From: Eledone cirrhosa
Lineage: Eukaryota
NCBI GenBank assembly: GCA_964016885.1
Contig: OZ024743.1
Coordinates: forward strand, 194,556,001 to 194,620,000
Direction of reading: 5' to 3'
DNA length: 64,000 nt
Translations under genes and position numbers: made by a program
Notes under the pieces: model-generated
What the model was told of the DNA's origin: nothing
What the model saw: the letters and a program-made list of their open reading frames with translations, nothing else
Database searches by the model: none
Shown here: positions 41,972-57,788 of the stretch, piece by piece
How the letters are laid out: each line of letters starts with the position of its first letter
How positions within the stretch are numbered: the stretch's first letter is position 1

Positions 41972-44835
41972 AAAACCACGCAATCAAGATACAAACAAAA
42001 AGCCTGAACCAGTGTGGATGCGAAATTTAAAAAGCAAAATTTTGTCCCTGAGACGAAGTATCTCACACATCGCAGTCGTTATGAAATGCAACATAGAGAG
42101 CAACTTCACACGACACCAGGAAGACCTAAAAAAATAGTTAGAGAGACAATTTGGAGATACAAAATTTAAAACTTTGAACTCCAAATTACACCAGTTGAAA
42201 CAACAACTCACAGCTACAACAGAAAGACTAAAATATAAGTCAACAGCACATAAACGACAAGTGCTAAATAGATTGTTTGCTAGAGATCCTAAATCAGTTT
42301 ATCGCAGCTTCGGTGGCAAAAGCTCAATCCCTGTAAATGACACCCCTTCAAAAGAACAGGTTGAGAGCTACTGGAGATCTGTATGGGAAACGGATGACGG
42401 ATTCAACAGACAAACTAATTGGCTAAAAGAACTGGAACAGGACTACTGCCAACATATCCTGACAAAACAATATGACATAGATGGGTCAATACTGGAAACA
42501 GCTCTACAGAAAATGTCGAATAGGAAATCACCAGGCCCAGACCTCATTACAGGATACTGGTTGAAGAATTTCACTTTCTATCGGCAAGATCTCATACGGC
42601 TGTTTACAGAAACCATTAAAGGCACACAAGAACTGCCCAGATGGTTATCAACTGCCAATACTCTCCTCATTCCCCAAAATAGCCAAACCACCCTTGCTAA
42701 AAATTACCGCCCAATAGCCTGCCAAAACATCATGTATAAATTATATACTGGGTGCCTTAACCTGTTCTTACAGGATCACTGTGCTACCAACAACATCATA
42801 ACACCTGAGCAAGCTGGTGGATAGAGGGATGTGTGGGGTTGCATAAATCACCTACTAACTAATAAAATGATTCAGGAAATAACAACAAAGAATCGCAGAA
42901 ACTTGACTGTGGTGTGGCTGGACTATCAAAAAGCATTTGATAGTGTATCTCATGGGTGGATTATTAAGGCTTTACAGTTAGCCAAAGTCCCACAACCATT
43001 GGTAGCTGCTGTTGAACGCCTGACCAAGAACTGGTACACCAATTTGATCCTTAGAGGTGAGAAGGAGCAAGTTAAGACTGATAAGATACATTACCAGAAG
43101 GGCATCTTTCAGGGTGATAGCTTGTCAGTGCTACTCTTCGTTCTCTCACTAAATCCACTATCTTACCTACTCAGGAAACAAGGCGGACAAAGAAGTGGGT
43201 CCAGAAGTATCTCCCATCTTTTCTTTGTTGATGACCTGAAGTTGTATGGGCCAAATATCAATGACATCAAGACAGAATTGGACCTCATTACACAATTTTC
43301 AACAGACATCCAAATGAAATTTGGTGAGTCCAAGTGTGCATATTTGGCAGTAAAACGTGGAAGAGCTGTTCCCTCCTCTAGAAATCTAGAGATGAACGGC
43401 CTGACAATACAACCTCTACAGTCAGGTGACAACTACAGATATCTTGGACAGGATGTGAATGTCAGATATGATGGACCCATAAATAAGGAGAGAACCAGAA
43501 CTGAATACCTCAGAAGAGTAAAGAAAATATGGTCATCAGAACTGTCAACGTACAACAAATACATTGCCCACAATACTTATGCTGTGCCAATTCTAACGCC
43601 AACATTTGGCCTGCTGAACTGGTCATTGCAAGAACTAAGTGAGATGGATGTTAGAACTCGCAAACTTCTCAGTGTTACTGGGAACTTTAACATCAATGGT
43701 GATGTGGATAGGCTATACTTCTCACGCCAGGAAGGTGGCCGGGGTCTAAAATCCATATTAACAACATATGAGACCCGGATAGTAACACTGAAGTAACACC
43801 TTCAACAGAGGAAAAAGCTTGGCAACCATCTTGCCCAGGTTTATGAGCATGAACAAAAATCATTAGAATAGCGACTGATCTGGAGGAGAGATATGGAATA
43901 AAGCCTGATATAAATCTCTCACCCAGAGAAATCGGAAGATCCTATTCAATGTTCAAACAAGATGAGAAAATTATTGACCAATTTACAGAAAAAGTTGTGC
44001 ATGGATACTTGAGACGTAAAACGCAGACCATAGAGGGGATAAACCACTCAAAAAGCCTGACATGGAGTTCCGACAAGTTTATGACATCACACCTTGAGGG
44101 ATATCTCTATGCAATACAGGAACAAGAACTCCCTACCAAATATCTGCTGCACAAAAGGGGAGGGCCATCAGCTGACAATAAATGTAGGCTATGTAAAACA
44201 AAGATCGAGGATGTAAGCCACATTGTTGCCAGCTGCGAAAAAATGTCATCTCGCTACTACCTCCCCAAGAGACACGATGGGATAGCTAGAACCATCTGGA
44301 ATTCACTTCGGAAAACAAAATTAACAACAAACGAGAAAGAATATATTGAGACAGATGGCACTAAGGAATACTGGTGGAACCTGAAAATAAAAACTGCCAC
44401 AAAATTAAAGCACAACCGGCCTGATATTGTTGTTTGGGACCACACATTGAAAACGTGTTCTGTTGTGGAGATCAGCTGCCCACTTGATGTAAACGTTGTC
44501 AGAAAAATACAGGAGAAGGAGGACATCTACGGACCATTGATGAGAAGTTTACAAATCCAGTATCCAAGATACACCTTTAGCTTTATCCCATCATTATTGG
44601 AGCTACGGGTTATATACCAACCCGCTTGGACCAAAGTATGACTGAACTTGGATTTGCGGACAAAAAGCGCAGCTCCCTAATTCATAGTCTACAAATGGCT
44701 GCGATAGCTGGCACCTTCAAAATTTGCAAGACATTCTTGCGATTCAAGGGATGATAATTTCTTTTCTTTTACAACCTTGCCACTAGTAAGGTGGCCAGTC
44801 AAAAAAATTTACTCGAAATTAAGAGAAAGAGATAA
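41972..44835 (+). mobile_element. 5'-truncated R4/Dong-clade non-LTR retrotransposon (RT plus restriction-like endonuclease), disrupted
   Basis: ORFs 42174-42824, 42831-43796, 43949-44641: KSPGPD, NYRPIAC, LDYQKAFDSV, GIFQGDSLS, LFFVDDLKLY, CRLC...H...C, RHD, RPD...E motifs; stops and frameshifts; (TACA)n on both sides. Confidence 0.9.
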
Positions 44836-45776
44836 CATACATACATATGTACATACATACAACCATGTATAATTTGAGAGTTTATGTGTGTTAGTTGTTG
44901 CAAACGTCGAATTGTTTTATGATTCAACTAAACTACATATATACATACATACATATATAACTATACACATAATATATGTATATGTATATATATATACATA
45001 TATACATATATACAAACATACATACAAACATACATACATACATACATACATACATACATACATACATACATACATACATACATACCTACATACATATGTA
45101 CATACATACAATCATGTATAATTTGAGAGTTTATGTGTGTCAGTTGTTGCAAACGTAGAATTGTTTTATGATTCAAGTGAACTACTGATCATAATTTAAA
45201 TATTGAGATTTTATTTATAAATGACGTCTACGAGACTCTTTCTGTTATGATTATCCCTCAGGGGATAAGGTTCATTGTTTTCCTTGTCACACTCAATAAA
45301 TATTTATTTATACACCAACAAAATGTTTAATAATAGTTTTAAATTGTTGACACTCATTGTTATTTTATAAAAGAAAGTATAATACAAAACAAAAACCAAA
45401 ACATGCTGTGTTTTGAATTGGGGACTATTACCTTATCACATCAATATTCAATACGATATATTTTCTGGTTTCACGTTTTGCCGAAGTTGAATATTTCAAT
45501 ATGACAACTGTGCTTTCACTTTCTGGTGCAATATACAATCAGAATATTGAACAAAAATTTTACATTATGATTAAAATAAATTTGTTCTACTAACAAAATA
45601 TTGAATTGTTCCCAAAACAAGTAATACTGTTTTCTTGGTGTAGCATGGTACAATAGTTACGAAGAGACATTTTGAAGAGCTAAACTTGATTTCAACCTTA
45701 ATATTTTCCACTCCTATGCATAGAGGTCGTAGCAGAGATGGAGATATTGATATGGATGCAAGTAAGTATGGGAAAC

Positions 45777-45880
<104 letters not shown>

Positions 45881-45990
45881 GTATATATATATATTTATGT
45901 ATGTATATATATTTATGTATGTATATATATTTATGTATGTATGTATGTATGTATGTATGTATGTATGTATGTATGTATGTATGTATGTAT

Positions 45991-46352
45991 GAAAAACTCT
46001 GATATAACACCTGCAACTCTGATGGTATCCAATGATGTTGACATGTTCTTCATTTTGGTAAATATCATCTTGGTTAAGAGAGTGGGACTGGCTTTGTGCA
46101 GTGCCTTTGCTCACTATAAAAGCTTCACGGCACAGGCATTGCTTTATATCTGGAGATCTCTCTGCACTTGTCGTCACATGGTACCATGGGCCCAGCACTA
46201 TGTGTCAATAATCGTCACAGGTGTAGTGTTTGTACCAGAGTTTTCAAGTCGCTGGCTGGACTAAAAAGTCACACTCGTTCAGCGCATCGGTAGGGGTTCT
46301 CCTACATGGATATAAAGTAGTGGCCGTACTCGAAAACGAGTTGGCAGCAACC
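45991..46352 (+). mobile_element. Non-autonomous RTE-like retroposon, copy 4
   Basis: Near-identical to the other copies; (TGTA)n on both sides. Confidence 0.85.
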
Positions 46353-47066
46353 ATGTATGTATGTATGTATGTATGTATGTATGTATGTATGTATGTATGT
46401 ATGTATGTATGTATGTATATGTATGCATACCTATAGTTCTATCTGTATGTATGTCGTTTGCTGGTGTATATCTGTGAGGAAAAACACTATACTAGTAGTG
46501 CCGAATAAACATATTTTCCGTGGTATTTCTTTTGACAGAGTTTTACAGACACTTCCTTGTCGCTCTGGCAATTCTAAATTCAGTGAACCAGTGATTGATT
46601 TGTTGGAGACATGTAACTAACTATATTGTTGTTCACAAATGCGATGGCTTCGTTCCCTGAACTGCCACTTTCTTCAGCCAAATGAAGAGGATATCAAGCT
46701 TGTGGAAGTAGCCCCGCGAGTTTGAATGGTTCATATAGCGTGTTTATCTGGCTGTTCACCACGGTAATGATTCATGCATCTTGAATCACAACCAATCCAC
46801 TGATTTTATGACGTTCAAATAATAAAGCATCTTTGTGTAGAACATGTTGCGTTATATCTGTATAGCGGCTATTATACTTCAGCTCTAATGCATGTTACTA
46901 AAGATTAAATAAAGATTACATTTTCTGCCTTGGCACAAGGACACAGGATTTCTCAAGCCCTGAAATATTCCATGATAACTGCTCTAAACAGTTCCACTAG
47001 TGTACTTGTATGGTATTTGTACGTTTGTGTTTGTTAAATATAGCACCAGCTAATAATGTTTTCTGA

Positions 47067-47478
47067 TTAAGGCACAAGGCCAATCATTTGGGGGGAGGGG
47101 GAAGTCGAGTAAATCGACCCCAGTGCGTAACTGGTATTTTATTTTATAGAACCCCGTAATGATGAAAGGCAAGACTAACCTCAACGGAATCTGAAATCGG
47201 AATGTAAAGGGACGTAACTCGACGCCACGAAGCATGTTGTGGGACGCTCTACTACTACTTCCAAACCACCACTCTCATAGCACCAACTAATTGTGGTTTC
47301 TGATTTAGGCAAAAGGCCAACTATTTTGATGTGGGGCAATGTCGTTTAAACCGACCCCAGTGCATTACTGTTACTTTATTTATCGACCCCATAAGGACAA
47401 AAGGTGGAGCTAACCCTGGTGGGATTTGAACTCAGAAAATAACGGGATGTAAGTCTCTGCTACGAAGCAGGTTGACGC
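47067..47478 (-). mobile_element. Two SINE copies
   Basis: Consensus match. Confidence 0.8.
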
Positions 47479-50399
47479 TGTTATAATAATAGCAACCTTT
47501 TTAAACACAAGATTATTATGTAATATAACTTTTAAAATGCTCATTACTATTTATAAACCAAAATATTGTATTCATTTATATTATCGTAATATCGATGTAA
47601 TATGCACATCAAAATCAGTGTTAAGTGGAAAAAGAGTTATTATGAAGACCTTTATAAATCACGGATATTTTGAGCCTAAGAGAAATTGCTGAACATTATA
47701 TCAACGATACTGGTTTCTAATCCGAATATTTTAAAACTGTCTACCAAATGGTTAAAAAGAACATAGCTAATCATAAGAATTATAATCTAGTACAATTACC
47801 AGCAAGCCTAGAGTATCTTTCTCGTCTAGTTATAAATTGCAGACCTGCCATTAAAAGCCTTTGTTGTCCTAAAAGCTACTTATTAGACATTAAACACTAA
47901 TATTTCAGAGAACAACTTTTAAAAAAAAAAGAAGTATTTTCAAATTCATTATCTGTAAGGAAATGCCCGGTGATATACTGGAAATGTACTAGCTCAATTG
48001 GAAATAGACGTTTTAGAAATGAATAAACTAATAATCGGCAAGAGAAAAGTAGTAATACATACAAATGTAACAGTATACATAGATGAAATATTACACATTT
48101 ATACATTAAATATATTCTACATAAAATATATGCACATACACGTTTTTATTCTCTAATGCCCTTTTAACAACATTCCACTCCCAAATACCTGGCAGTAACG
48201 AGTGGTCGATAGCAATTATTTGGTCATAAGTGTACTATAAATAGTATTTCAGCCATAGCACTTTAATTGAGATGATGTGTGTATATATGAATGTCGGATT
48301 CGGTATATGTGAAAATGTATATGTGCGTTTCATTTAAAGAAATGCTATTTCACTATTAATTTCAATTGAGATGGCAAAAATATTCATTTCATGCTCGAAC
48401 AGAAGAAAATTTATATATTCAGATTTTCTTTTTTAAAATGTGTTAAATTTGTCCCATTCTTTTTCATTTGTATTGCTTCTTATTCAGCACACATTTTGAT
48501 TCTATTCCTCCAATTCCAACGTATCGATTTCGTTGCCTTGTGGATATATTTTGACACTGCTCATTATATTTACTCATTTTGTTTAAGTGATATATTTTTG
48601 TATTCTTTTACAATTTCTTTTTCTCAATTTATTTTGGTCGTTCAACGCTCTACTTTTGGTACCACTGACTGTTTGTACCACCAATCCCTTACAATCTTTT
48701 TAAAGAACAGTCATTTATCGATCTTGTCAACGGAAACAATAGATTCCCATTTTAAAAATTATTTCAAACTTTTCATATTGAAATTATCTTTCTCAAATCA
48801 AATTTCAAAACAATTAATATATTTCCTTGTAATGAATAATTTCATTCCTTTTCTGTTCCTTCAATGTCTCTTTCATATATATTTAAATTCTGTTTATCAT
48901 TCGGAAGTATATCAGCAATAAACGTATATAGTTTTCCGTAGCATAGATAATGGAAAAAGAGCGTTATGTACAGAACTAAATGTAAGATAGTTTCTAATTC
49001 GAAGGCTGCGAAAGGTGTGGTGCTATTTAAGATAGAAGAAGGCAACAAAGCTACCCCGTGCTACCTGTTCTTTATTCAAATACGACCTTAATTTTCGAGA
49101 TAAAATCTCCTCATCAGATTTCAAACACCTTCAAAAATAGAGATAACGTTTTATAAAAGAATTCTCAAAACAGTTGCATGTTACCTAAGGTTTCAAAGAG
49201 ATGCTATATCTGTTTGTGTTGCTTATCATTCTGGCAATACCAAGGTGATCGACGTTCATACATGATACCTTGTCAAGTGTGAGGTGGGTAATAATACTGT
49301 AACAATGAAGTTCGTGTCTTTGTTACTCAATGAGCGTAACTCCCATGTCTGTAAGTTTATATTTTTGAATCTTATTACAATTCTAATTGTAATAAAATGT
49401 CTGCGTGTTTGTGTTCTCTGTGAATGATTGTTCATTAATGCAGTGAATAAGTATTTTTATTAAGGTATTGGATATTGTTACATATGTTTTCGCTGTGTAT
49501 TTATATATTTGTGTGTAGTTATGTGTGTATTCTTAATATAGTGTGTGATATGTGTATAGTTAAAGGTGTACGTGTTATTATGTATATATTATTTATATAG
49601 CTTATTGCATTTAACCGTATTTGGGTGCAGTATGATGTTTTGTATGTCTGGGGCCTGTATTTTCCCATGCTGAGTAGAGATATGAACTATGTGTGGACAT
49701 CCTCTAAATAATTCATTCTTTGTGTCTTTTAGAGGATTCAGGCTCTCCAATGACCTTAATGTTTCAATTAAGCAAAGTGAACTCCCAGACATTTATTTGA
49801 AAGACGTAATATGTAAATTGTACCCTTGATTAAAACGGACTGGTGTCATATCCACATATCGTTTTCTACGCTTTGCTCTGTGTGGTTGGTTGTAATTGGT
49901 GTGATAGTAACCATGTATGTATGTATGCATGTATGTATGTATATATGTATTTATGTATGTGTGTATGTATGTATGTATGTATGTATGTATATATGTATGT
50001 ATGTATGTATGTATGAATAGTTGACTGGGTGTGAACTGAATTCTGTACACGATAATTTCTTAATTTCCTTTCCTGTCAGAGAAGGAAATTTAAAACAGTA
50101 TTTTAAGTTAGAAGAGAATACTATTGCTAGGTCTTAAGAATATATTTAATATTAGCATGGTAGGAGTAGACATCTTTTCATTATAGAAAGCAAGAGGACA
50201 GGTATGGAGACGAAATTTGACGTCATACACTACCTCGGCATAGCATTGCCGTTCTCACCTATAGACAACTGTAGAAATTCTGACATATGCATAACAAAGT
50301 CAGCGGAATGTGAACATAATACAGTATACAGTAAATTCTTAATTCCTTAATACTTTCTACTCTGTATATACATTATTTAAGGCTTCCTTCGCTATGTAT

Positions 50400-51290
50400 G
50401 GTGTTATGTGACAAGTTCCCTCTACATTGATCTATTGGTGCTCTTTCGAAACCGTTCAAATTTACATTAATGGCATTCCGATTGTCTTGACATAACCGGT
50501 CCACCCTGTTACCTTTACATCATGGAGTCAAAGCCACCGCCGCCTTCGCGTGTTGGTCATCGGGTACACTGACAATGTGGTCAGCCAGGTGGAACCGTCT
50601 CTTTGTAATAACTTTCAACGCTTGTGATTTGCTCTCATTATGATCTACGTCCCTTTACGGTCTGAGTTCAAATCCCGCCAAGGTTAACTTTGCCTTTCAT
50701 CCTTACGGGGTCGATAAAATAAAGTACCAGTAATGTACTGGGTAATTGCTGGCCTTGTGCCTAAAGTAGAAACAATTATGATCTCTTCAGTGGATTGGCA
50801 GTGTCAGTAGAGAGTCAGACACCATGCTTTGAAGCAATAGAAACAATTATGATCTCTTCAATTGTGGTGGATTGGCAGTATCGGTAGAGGGTGGGACGCC
50901 ATGATTTGACGCATAGAGTTACGGTTCTTGCTATTCTGAGTTCAAATCTCGCCGATGTTAACTTTGCCTTTCATCCTTACGGGGTTGATAAAATAAAGTA
51001 CCAGTAATGCACTTGGATAATTGCTGGCCTTGTGCCAAAAGTAGAAACAATTATGATCTCTTCAATGGTAACCCGGTCTCGGCTGGTGACCTTTCTAATC
51101 TTTCTGAGATACCTTTGATGAAATATATTCAGGTTTGTGTCGATTTTTGCCATATTCCTCCAGGTCTCGCTGGCATAGATTGCACTAGGGAGAATGATGA
51201 TGATGTGCCAATGGTTGAGGTTGATCACGTAGAGAGTATTCCCTAGAACACTACGGTACCCTTTTAGAGAGTCTGTTGTTGACATCTAAT
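50400..51290 (-). mobile_element. Decayed RTE fragment interrupted by plus-strand SINE copies (about 50645-50775, 50790-50835, 50864-51050)
   Basis: LPSAIYASETW...FHQRYLRKI...RDRVT at 51060-51230, continuing left of the SINEs; aacaattatgatctcttca occurs three times. Confidence 0.7.
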
Positions 51291-51899
51291 TAATTATCAA
51301 CATTGCTGCTTAGAGCTCTGCTCAGGAAGTGGTTGGTTTCATCTAGTTTATATTGGTTCACCTAGATGAGTAAATGTAAGTATATAGATATGTAAACCTG
51401 TCGAATTTACGTATTTCTCTGTGTTTACTAATATCTGCATTGGCTATGATTTCGATAAATTTTCTCATGAAAATGCAATCGATATTCAGTTGGTGCAGGA
51501 ATGTTGTTTCAAACAGAAATTCTGCATCCAAGCAATTCAGAAGGTAGCTCAATTGAATTTCATGAAATTGTGCCAAAAAGAGAAGAAAACATGAATAAAA
51601 AATTATATAGGAAATAAAATAAATTTTTCTCTTACGTGCTATTTTTGGGGAAAAATCTTTTGTTTCAATATACTATACTAATTTACATATTTTTTGTAAA
51701 TGAAGGATTTTTCAATTCAGTAATTGTTTTAAAAGTTTATTGTAGTACTCAATGTTATGCAATATTTTTTATTTTTTCTATTGTGGGATAAAAATGAAAT
51801 AAATTTTAGAAAATATTAAATAGCATAATGCCTTCTGGAAAAGTTGTGCCAACATCTTATATAGATAGATTCATTCATTATAAAGTCTGTCTCAAGTGA

Positions 51900-52143
51900 A
51901 GAAGCTTGTCAGGCCTGTGCTTATCCCGGTTTCGCGACTGAGAGTACAATACCTGGACGCCAGTCATTTGTAGGGTTAAAGCCCCAGATATTTCTGTTAC
52001 TCATTGCCAGCTGAGCATACTGGAGCAACGTTAAATGAAGTGTATTGCTGAAGAACTTAGAAAACAACCTAGCCCAAGAATCGAAGCCACGGCATTATGA
52101 TCGCTAGTACAACACCGTTCCCACTAGGCCACAAGCCTCCACT
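51900..52143 (-). mobile_element. Degenerate tRNA-derived SINE (second family)
   Basis: ccagctgag..tactggagcaacgt...ccactaggccac; similar to 4560-4695. Confidence 0.55.
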
Positions 52144-54107
52144 GATTCATTCGTTATATATATTAATACATATATATATATGTGTGTGTGCGTGTGTGTG
52201 TGCATTTATGTGGTGTGTGTGCGTGTGTATGTAGGTGTATGTGTCTCTAAGAGACAGTGTGTGACATAGTGATTCGCAAGGTCATGAGCTGGAATCCAGG
52301 CAGCATCTTCTGTTCGACTGTATTTGTTTTTCAGACATCTAGCATTGTAACACATTGGGTTGTGCTTAACCTCCCTGAAAACTATTTGTATGTAAAATTC
52401 TTGCACCTTAATAAGGAAAGCATTAATTAAAAAGTAACTAAATGTTATTCACTCATTTAGACTAACACCTGAACGTCATAAATATAGCTAGAGCAATATT
52501 TATAAGTCTTGTTACTTATTTTTTGTTGTCTCCTATCTTATTACCTATACATTATCTTCACTTCATAGTCGATAATTATATGTAGGTCTTTCACGAGTGA
52601 GAACACCTAGAAAACTTCATATACTGTTAGATCTTATTTGAAGTGGCAGATGTATTAAATCACGTATAAAAACAATTTAATAGAACAATTTTAATAAATG
52701 GTTTAATAAGAAACATTACCGTGTTATAAGGCATGGAAGCATGTCTAAATTTCCTTCATCCCATCCAGTTTGATTTTGGTCAGTTCTGATCGTGTGATAA
52801 TAGATGTATTTGTAAATGTTAAACCTTAAGAGAATTATCGTCAGCACAGATAATATTTATTCACTGAGCTTCTAAGACTGAAAGTGCAAGCTGAGATTAG
52901 GAGACTTTGAGAAGACTTTCATATATTTGATTTTCTTTTCGCATATTCTCAAGCACATATTTAGTAGATGCTGCTCATCCTACAATGGTTTGTTAATGTC
53001 AGCAAGAAACTAGTTGTGAAAAGATGTACCTTGTCATTAATTAGATTATTTGAATGAAATACAATTCTGAGATCTAACAGAATTTAACATCGCCTGGCTA
53101 GACATGAGACAAACACTTTTAATTCATAGAAATTTCAAAGTTGGAAGGCATATTTGAAGTATTAACCATTTTATTTATTGAATATTAGAATCCATTGAAA
53201 TTTAACTACGTTCCTTCTGCTTTCCCAATCTACAATCATAAGATTGCGCATTACAATAGAATTATTTACTGTTTTCAAAGTACAAAATAAATATGGCATA
53301 TTGGGATTTCACCGTTTCAGCTTCTTGCTTCATTTACCATCACTAGCTCATTCGAAGAATGTATCTTCTTTCAGCCTTTCATAAGTCTCTTTCTCCGTCT
53401 CCTCTCTCCCTATAACTCTCCTTCTTTCTCCCCCTCTCTCTGACTCTCTGTCTCGTTCTTTCTCTCTCTGTCTCTGTCTCTGTCTCTCTGTTTCTCTCTC
53501 TGTCTGTCTCTCGCTCTCAAATGCATATTCTTCACTCTTCATTTCAATCCAATCTAACTCTATATCTCTGAGAGAGATTTCCCAAACTGCTTCTCTGTTT
53601 ACAAGCGCTTTAATCAGTTTTCTGCACCTGCTTAGCTTCCGGCTTCCAACTCTTCTGTATAATATTTACCATACAATACACGATCTGCATAACCCACAGG
53701 TTTGACCTCCCTTTCTCTTCAATAGGCATCACAGCAGAGTGCTTGTGCTATCAGAGGAATCCTTGAGATTCTAATACTAAATGTAACTTCTGAAGGTAGC
53801 TTCCTTTCCGATGTGCATCCAATGCAGCGTTAAAGAGACTTAGATACTTCCTCTACGTTAATGCAAAATATTAATTTTATCAAGAAATATAAAAAATAAA
53901 TACTTTCTTATCATCTCAGCACCATGTATACTAAATTGAGATTAACGGTTTATGAACTTTTTCTTGCCGTTCATTCGTTTAGGATTAGTATAAGTATGAA
54001 TTTGAATTCTGTTACACAGATAAGTACATACATACATTCATGCATGCATCTACAAAAGCGCATATACACACACACACACACACACACACATACACACACA
54101 CACACAC

Positions 54108-54280
<173 letters not shown>

Positions 54281-54695
54281 CGTATATACACACACACACA
54301 CACATATGTGTGTCTGGGTGTGCGCGCGCGCGTGTGTGTCTGTGTGTGCGAGGATGTGTGTATGCATGTTGTATGTCACGTCTGACATCTAAGTTTAATT
54401 CACAACCTTAACTTATATCATTGGTTTCCCTTATGATATGGTGTAAAACATATACGTCAAACGATTCATTCCTCAACCGCCTGATGTCAATAATACTGAA
54501 CAGCTGAGGAATGGATACACAAATGCCTATAAATGTTCTTGCATAAAATGCTAGTTTAAATACACTATATTATACATGCTTCCTACCACACCGCTGAAAT
54601 CCGTTTATTATATGCAAGAACGTTCAAATAATGTCTTAGCCACAATAAATCAAATATAACAAAATGAAGGTGTCATTAACTGTATTTTTCCTAGG

Positions 54696-55130
54696 TCGGT
54701 GAATTAACAGAACCGTTAGAACGTCGGATAATATATTTCACAGCATAGAGTTACGGATCTTTACCTTCTGATTTCAAATGCCACCGAGGTAAGCTTTGCC
54801 TTTCATCTTTACAAGATTGATGAAATAAAGCACCAGTAATGCACTTGGATTAATTTCATCCACTTTCCCCTTCCCCTGTGCATAAATCAGAAACTATTAT
54901 TATAGATTATAGGTTGTTGGAATGGGAGTATCGTTAGAGTGTTGGCCTACATGATTTTCAGCATAGTGTTACTGCCCTTTATGTTCTGAGTTCAAATCCC
55001 GCCGAGGTTAGCTATGCCTTTTATCCTAACAGGGTCCATAAACTAAAGTATCAATCATGCACTTGGGTCGATTCAATCGAATTACTCCTCCCCCTAAATT
55101 GTTGGCAATGTGTCTGAATCAGGAACCATT
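54696..55130 (+). mobile_element. Two SINE copies
   Basis: Consensus match on the plus strand. Confidence 0.75.
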
Positions 55131-55521
55131 ATTTGTATTAAATTACTATGATCCTTGAAAATACTGAAAGCCATTAAGTGCTGCTTTTACAAATATTTGC
55201 ATACGTATATTTGTGACCATGCATTTTGTGTATATTTGCACCTGTCCAGCTGCATTTTGACATACATATTCAAAGGCGGTGATTTCTCTATCTCTCTCCA
55301 TCTCTCTCTCTATCTATCTATCTCGCACACACACTCTCACTGCCTTCTCTTCTTCCCCAATTGTCTGTCAACAAACATACTCCGTCGCACACTCACAAAC
55401 ACAACATATCTACATACATATATGTATATGTGTATGTATATATGTATCACATATATGTATATATTTTACACACATATATATATACACACACACACACATA
55501 TATATGTATATATATATGTAC

Positions 55522-55566
<45 letters not shown>

Positions 55567-55629
55567 TACATATACATATATTTATATATATATATATGCA
55601 TATACATATATATATATATACATATACAT

Positions 55630-55699
<70 letters not shown>

Positions 55700-55829
55700 C
55701 ACATGGCAAACTGGTATATTGCATTCTAAGGAGTCGTAGTTTCCCGAAGCAATCTGATGTTGCTGATCTTTAATTCACCAGTCATTGGAAAGTGTATCAG
55801 AGACTCGTATTCAGGCAACTTAATATGTA

Positions 55830-55863
<34 letters not shown>

Positions 55864-57313
55864 CGAAGAAATAGATAAAAGAGAAGCAACCCATTAATAT
55901 ATATTTCTAAGAAGCTCTTATACATGTTATGCCTAAATTGGGCTCCTCAGAGGCTCACAAGAAAATAAAGGGTTTAATTAGGAACCCTGAATGGGTATGA
56001 GTACGATTTTAACATCGAAATTCATATCTCGGTGTTACAAAGTTAGATGTTTATGTTTGTGAACAAAGGGGATAATTCCGGTGTTATTACAAAATATTTA
56101 TTCCCTTAAGTCTATTTAGTACGTGCTAATTTAATTATGTTTGTCAAGCCAATTTTCAGAGGCACAAGCATCAAACACAAATGCATCTGCTTATGGCAAT
56201 TAATTATCTCTATCGTCGCCTTCTATAACGCTTCCTCTCTCTATTCTCTCTCACGATACTGTAACATTTTGTTATATATACTACCAGAAAACCACCCTTC
56301 GTGTAGTTTTCTGCTAGCATGTGTAGTGTGTATATTGATATTATACGCAGCTATATATACATGTAGATATGATACATCAAATAAAATCGTAATTGACAAT
56401 ATATAATACATAGAAATTGAACGAAGACTGCGTTACACTGTCTTATTTAATCAGTAACGTAATCCATGATACTTTAAAAAAGACGATATTATATATGAAC
56501 TGCATTAGGAGAAAATTAGTATTTAAGCGATAGCCAACAGGAAGTGTTGACATTTAAGAAATTTTAAAGAAGTGCATCTTTAAATAAACAAAATATATTT
56601 AATGAACAGCCACGAAATTTAGTAGATAAATTATATACTATTCATTCATTATTTATTCAAAGTAATCCAACTTATTTTACTAATGGGATAACAAATTATA
56701 AACCGTACGCAGTCTCGTGCTCCTTACTTTATTATAGTTTAGATATATATATAACAAATTGAGAGAGATTAACCAATTTAGACTTACAGCATAATTTTAT
56801 TCTACATACATTTCAATGTATAACAGTGGACCATACCTCAAAATACATTAGGTATTTGACAGCCGGTCTACATTTCTTCAGGAATTTAGATATTGTATAA
56901 GAACCAATATAAAAATATGCAAAAGGTAATTTCATACCACAGATCAGACTCATATCATATTAAAAAAATGTTATAACATGCAAAAAGTGAGAACATTTAA
57001 AAGTAACATCAAGGCTGTGTTAGAAGCGGTGTTAAATGCAGTATAATAAAATTCAGCTCTTCAGTGCATCCATACATTAACAAATAATATTCGAGTTATA
57101 ATATAGGTTTTAGCAGATTGACACACACACGCACAGACACACACGCACACACACAGACACACACGCACACACACACAGACACAGACACAGGCACACAGAC
57201 ACACAGACATACACATATATATATGTATATGGAGGTGAGTAATTACAATCATATGCTGTTTAAATATACAGTAGGCAACATGTATATGACAGTGTATATC
57301 TCGTTTCCTGTTG

Positions 57314-57362
<49 letters not shown>

Positions 57363-57788
57363 CAACTAAAACACCAGCAATACCTTGGCAAACATTCACT
57401 CATGAATAAAGAAAGTAGCAGTATAGGAAACTGCGTAAAGTCAATATAGTCTGTTGAACAATGGAGGTGTAATATGTTATTGACATAGAGCAATAAACGC
57501 GGTCATGAATATATCCTCCTCGTAACTCTCTATCTTACACAGTTTAAAACTTGTATGCTTTGTGTACACAAATCCGACCAAGATCAATTATAAGCATGAT
57601 CTTCTGTAAACATGTATTCATTAGTGCATGTATAACTTTATATTCCTCACCATAACATTATGACAACTATACAACTATAAACTGATTGTTAGTTCCTGTA
57701 GTTGGCTATCATAATTGTATATTTACAATTCTGCTATTTCTATTCCTAATTCTGAAGAATTAGATTGACGATGACGAAATTATTATTA

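Noticed and set aside
48391-48921. 176-aa F/I/L-rich ORF
   Set aside because: Composition expected from T-rich DNA; no motif or splice support
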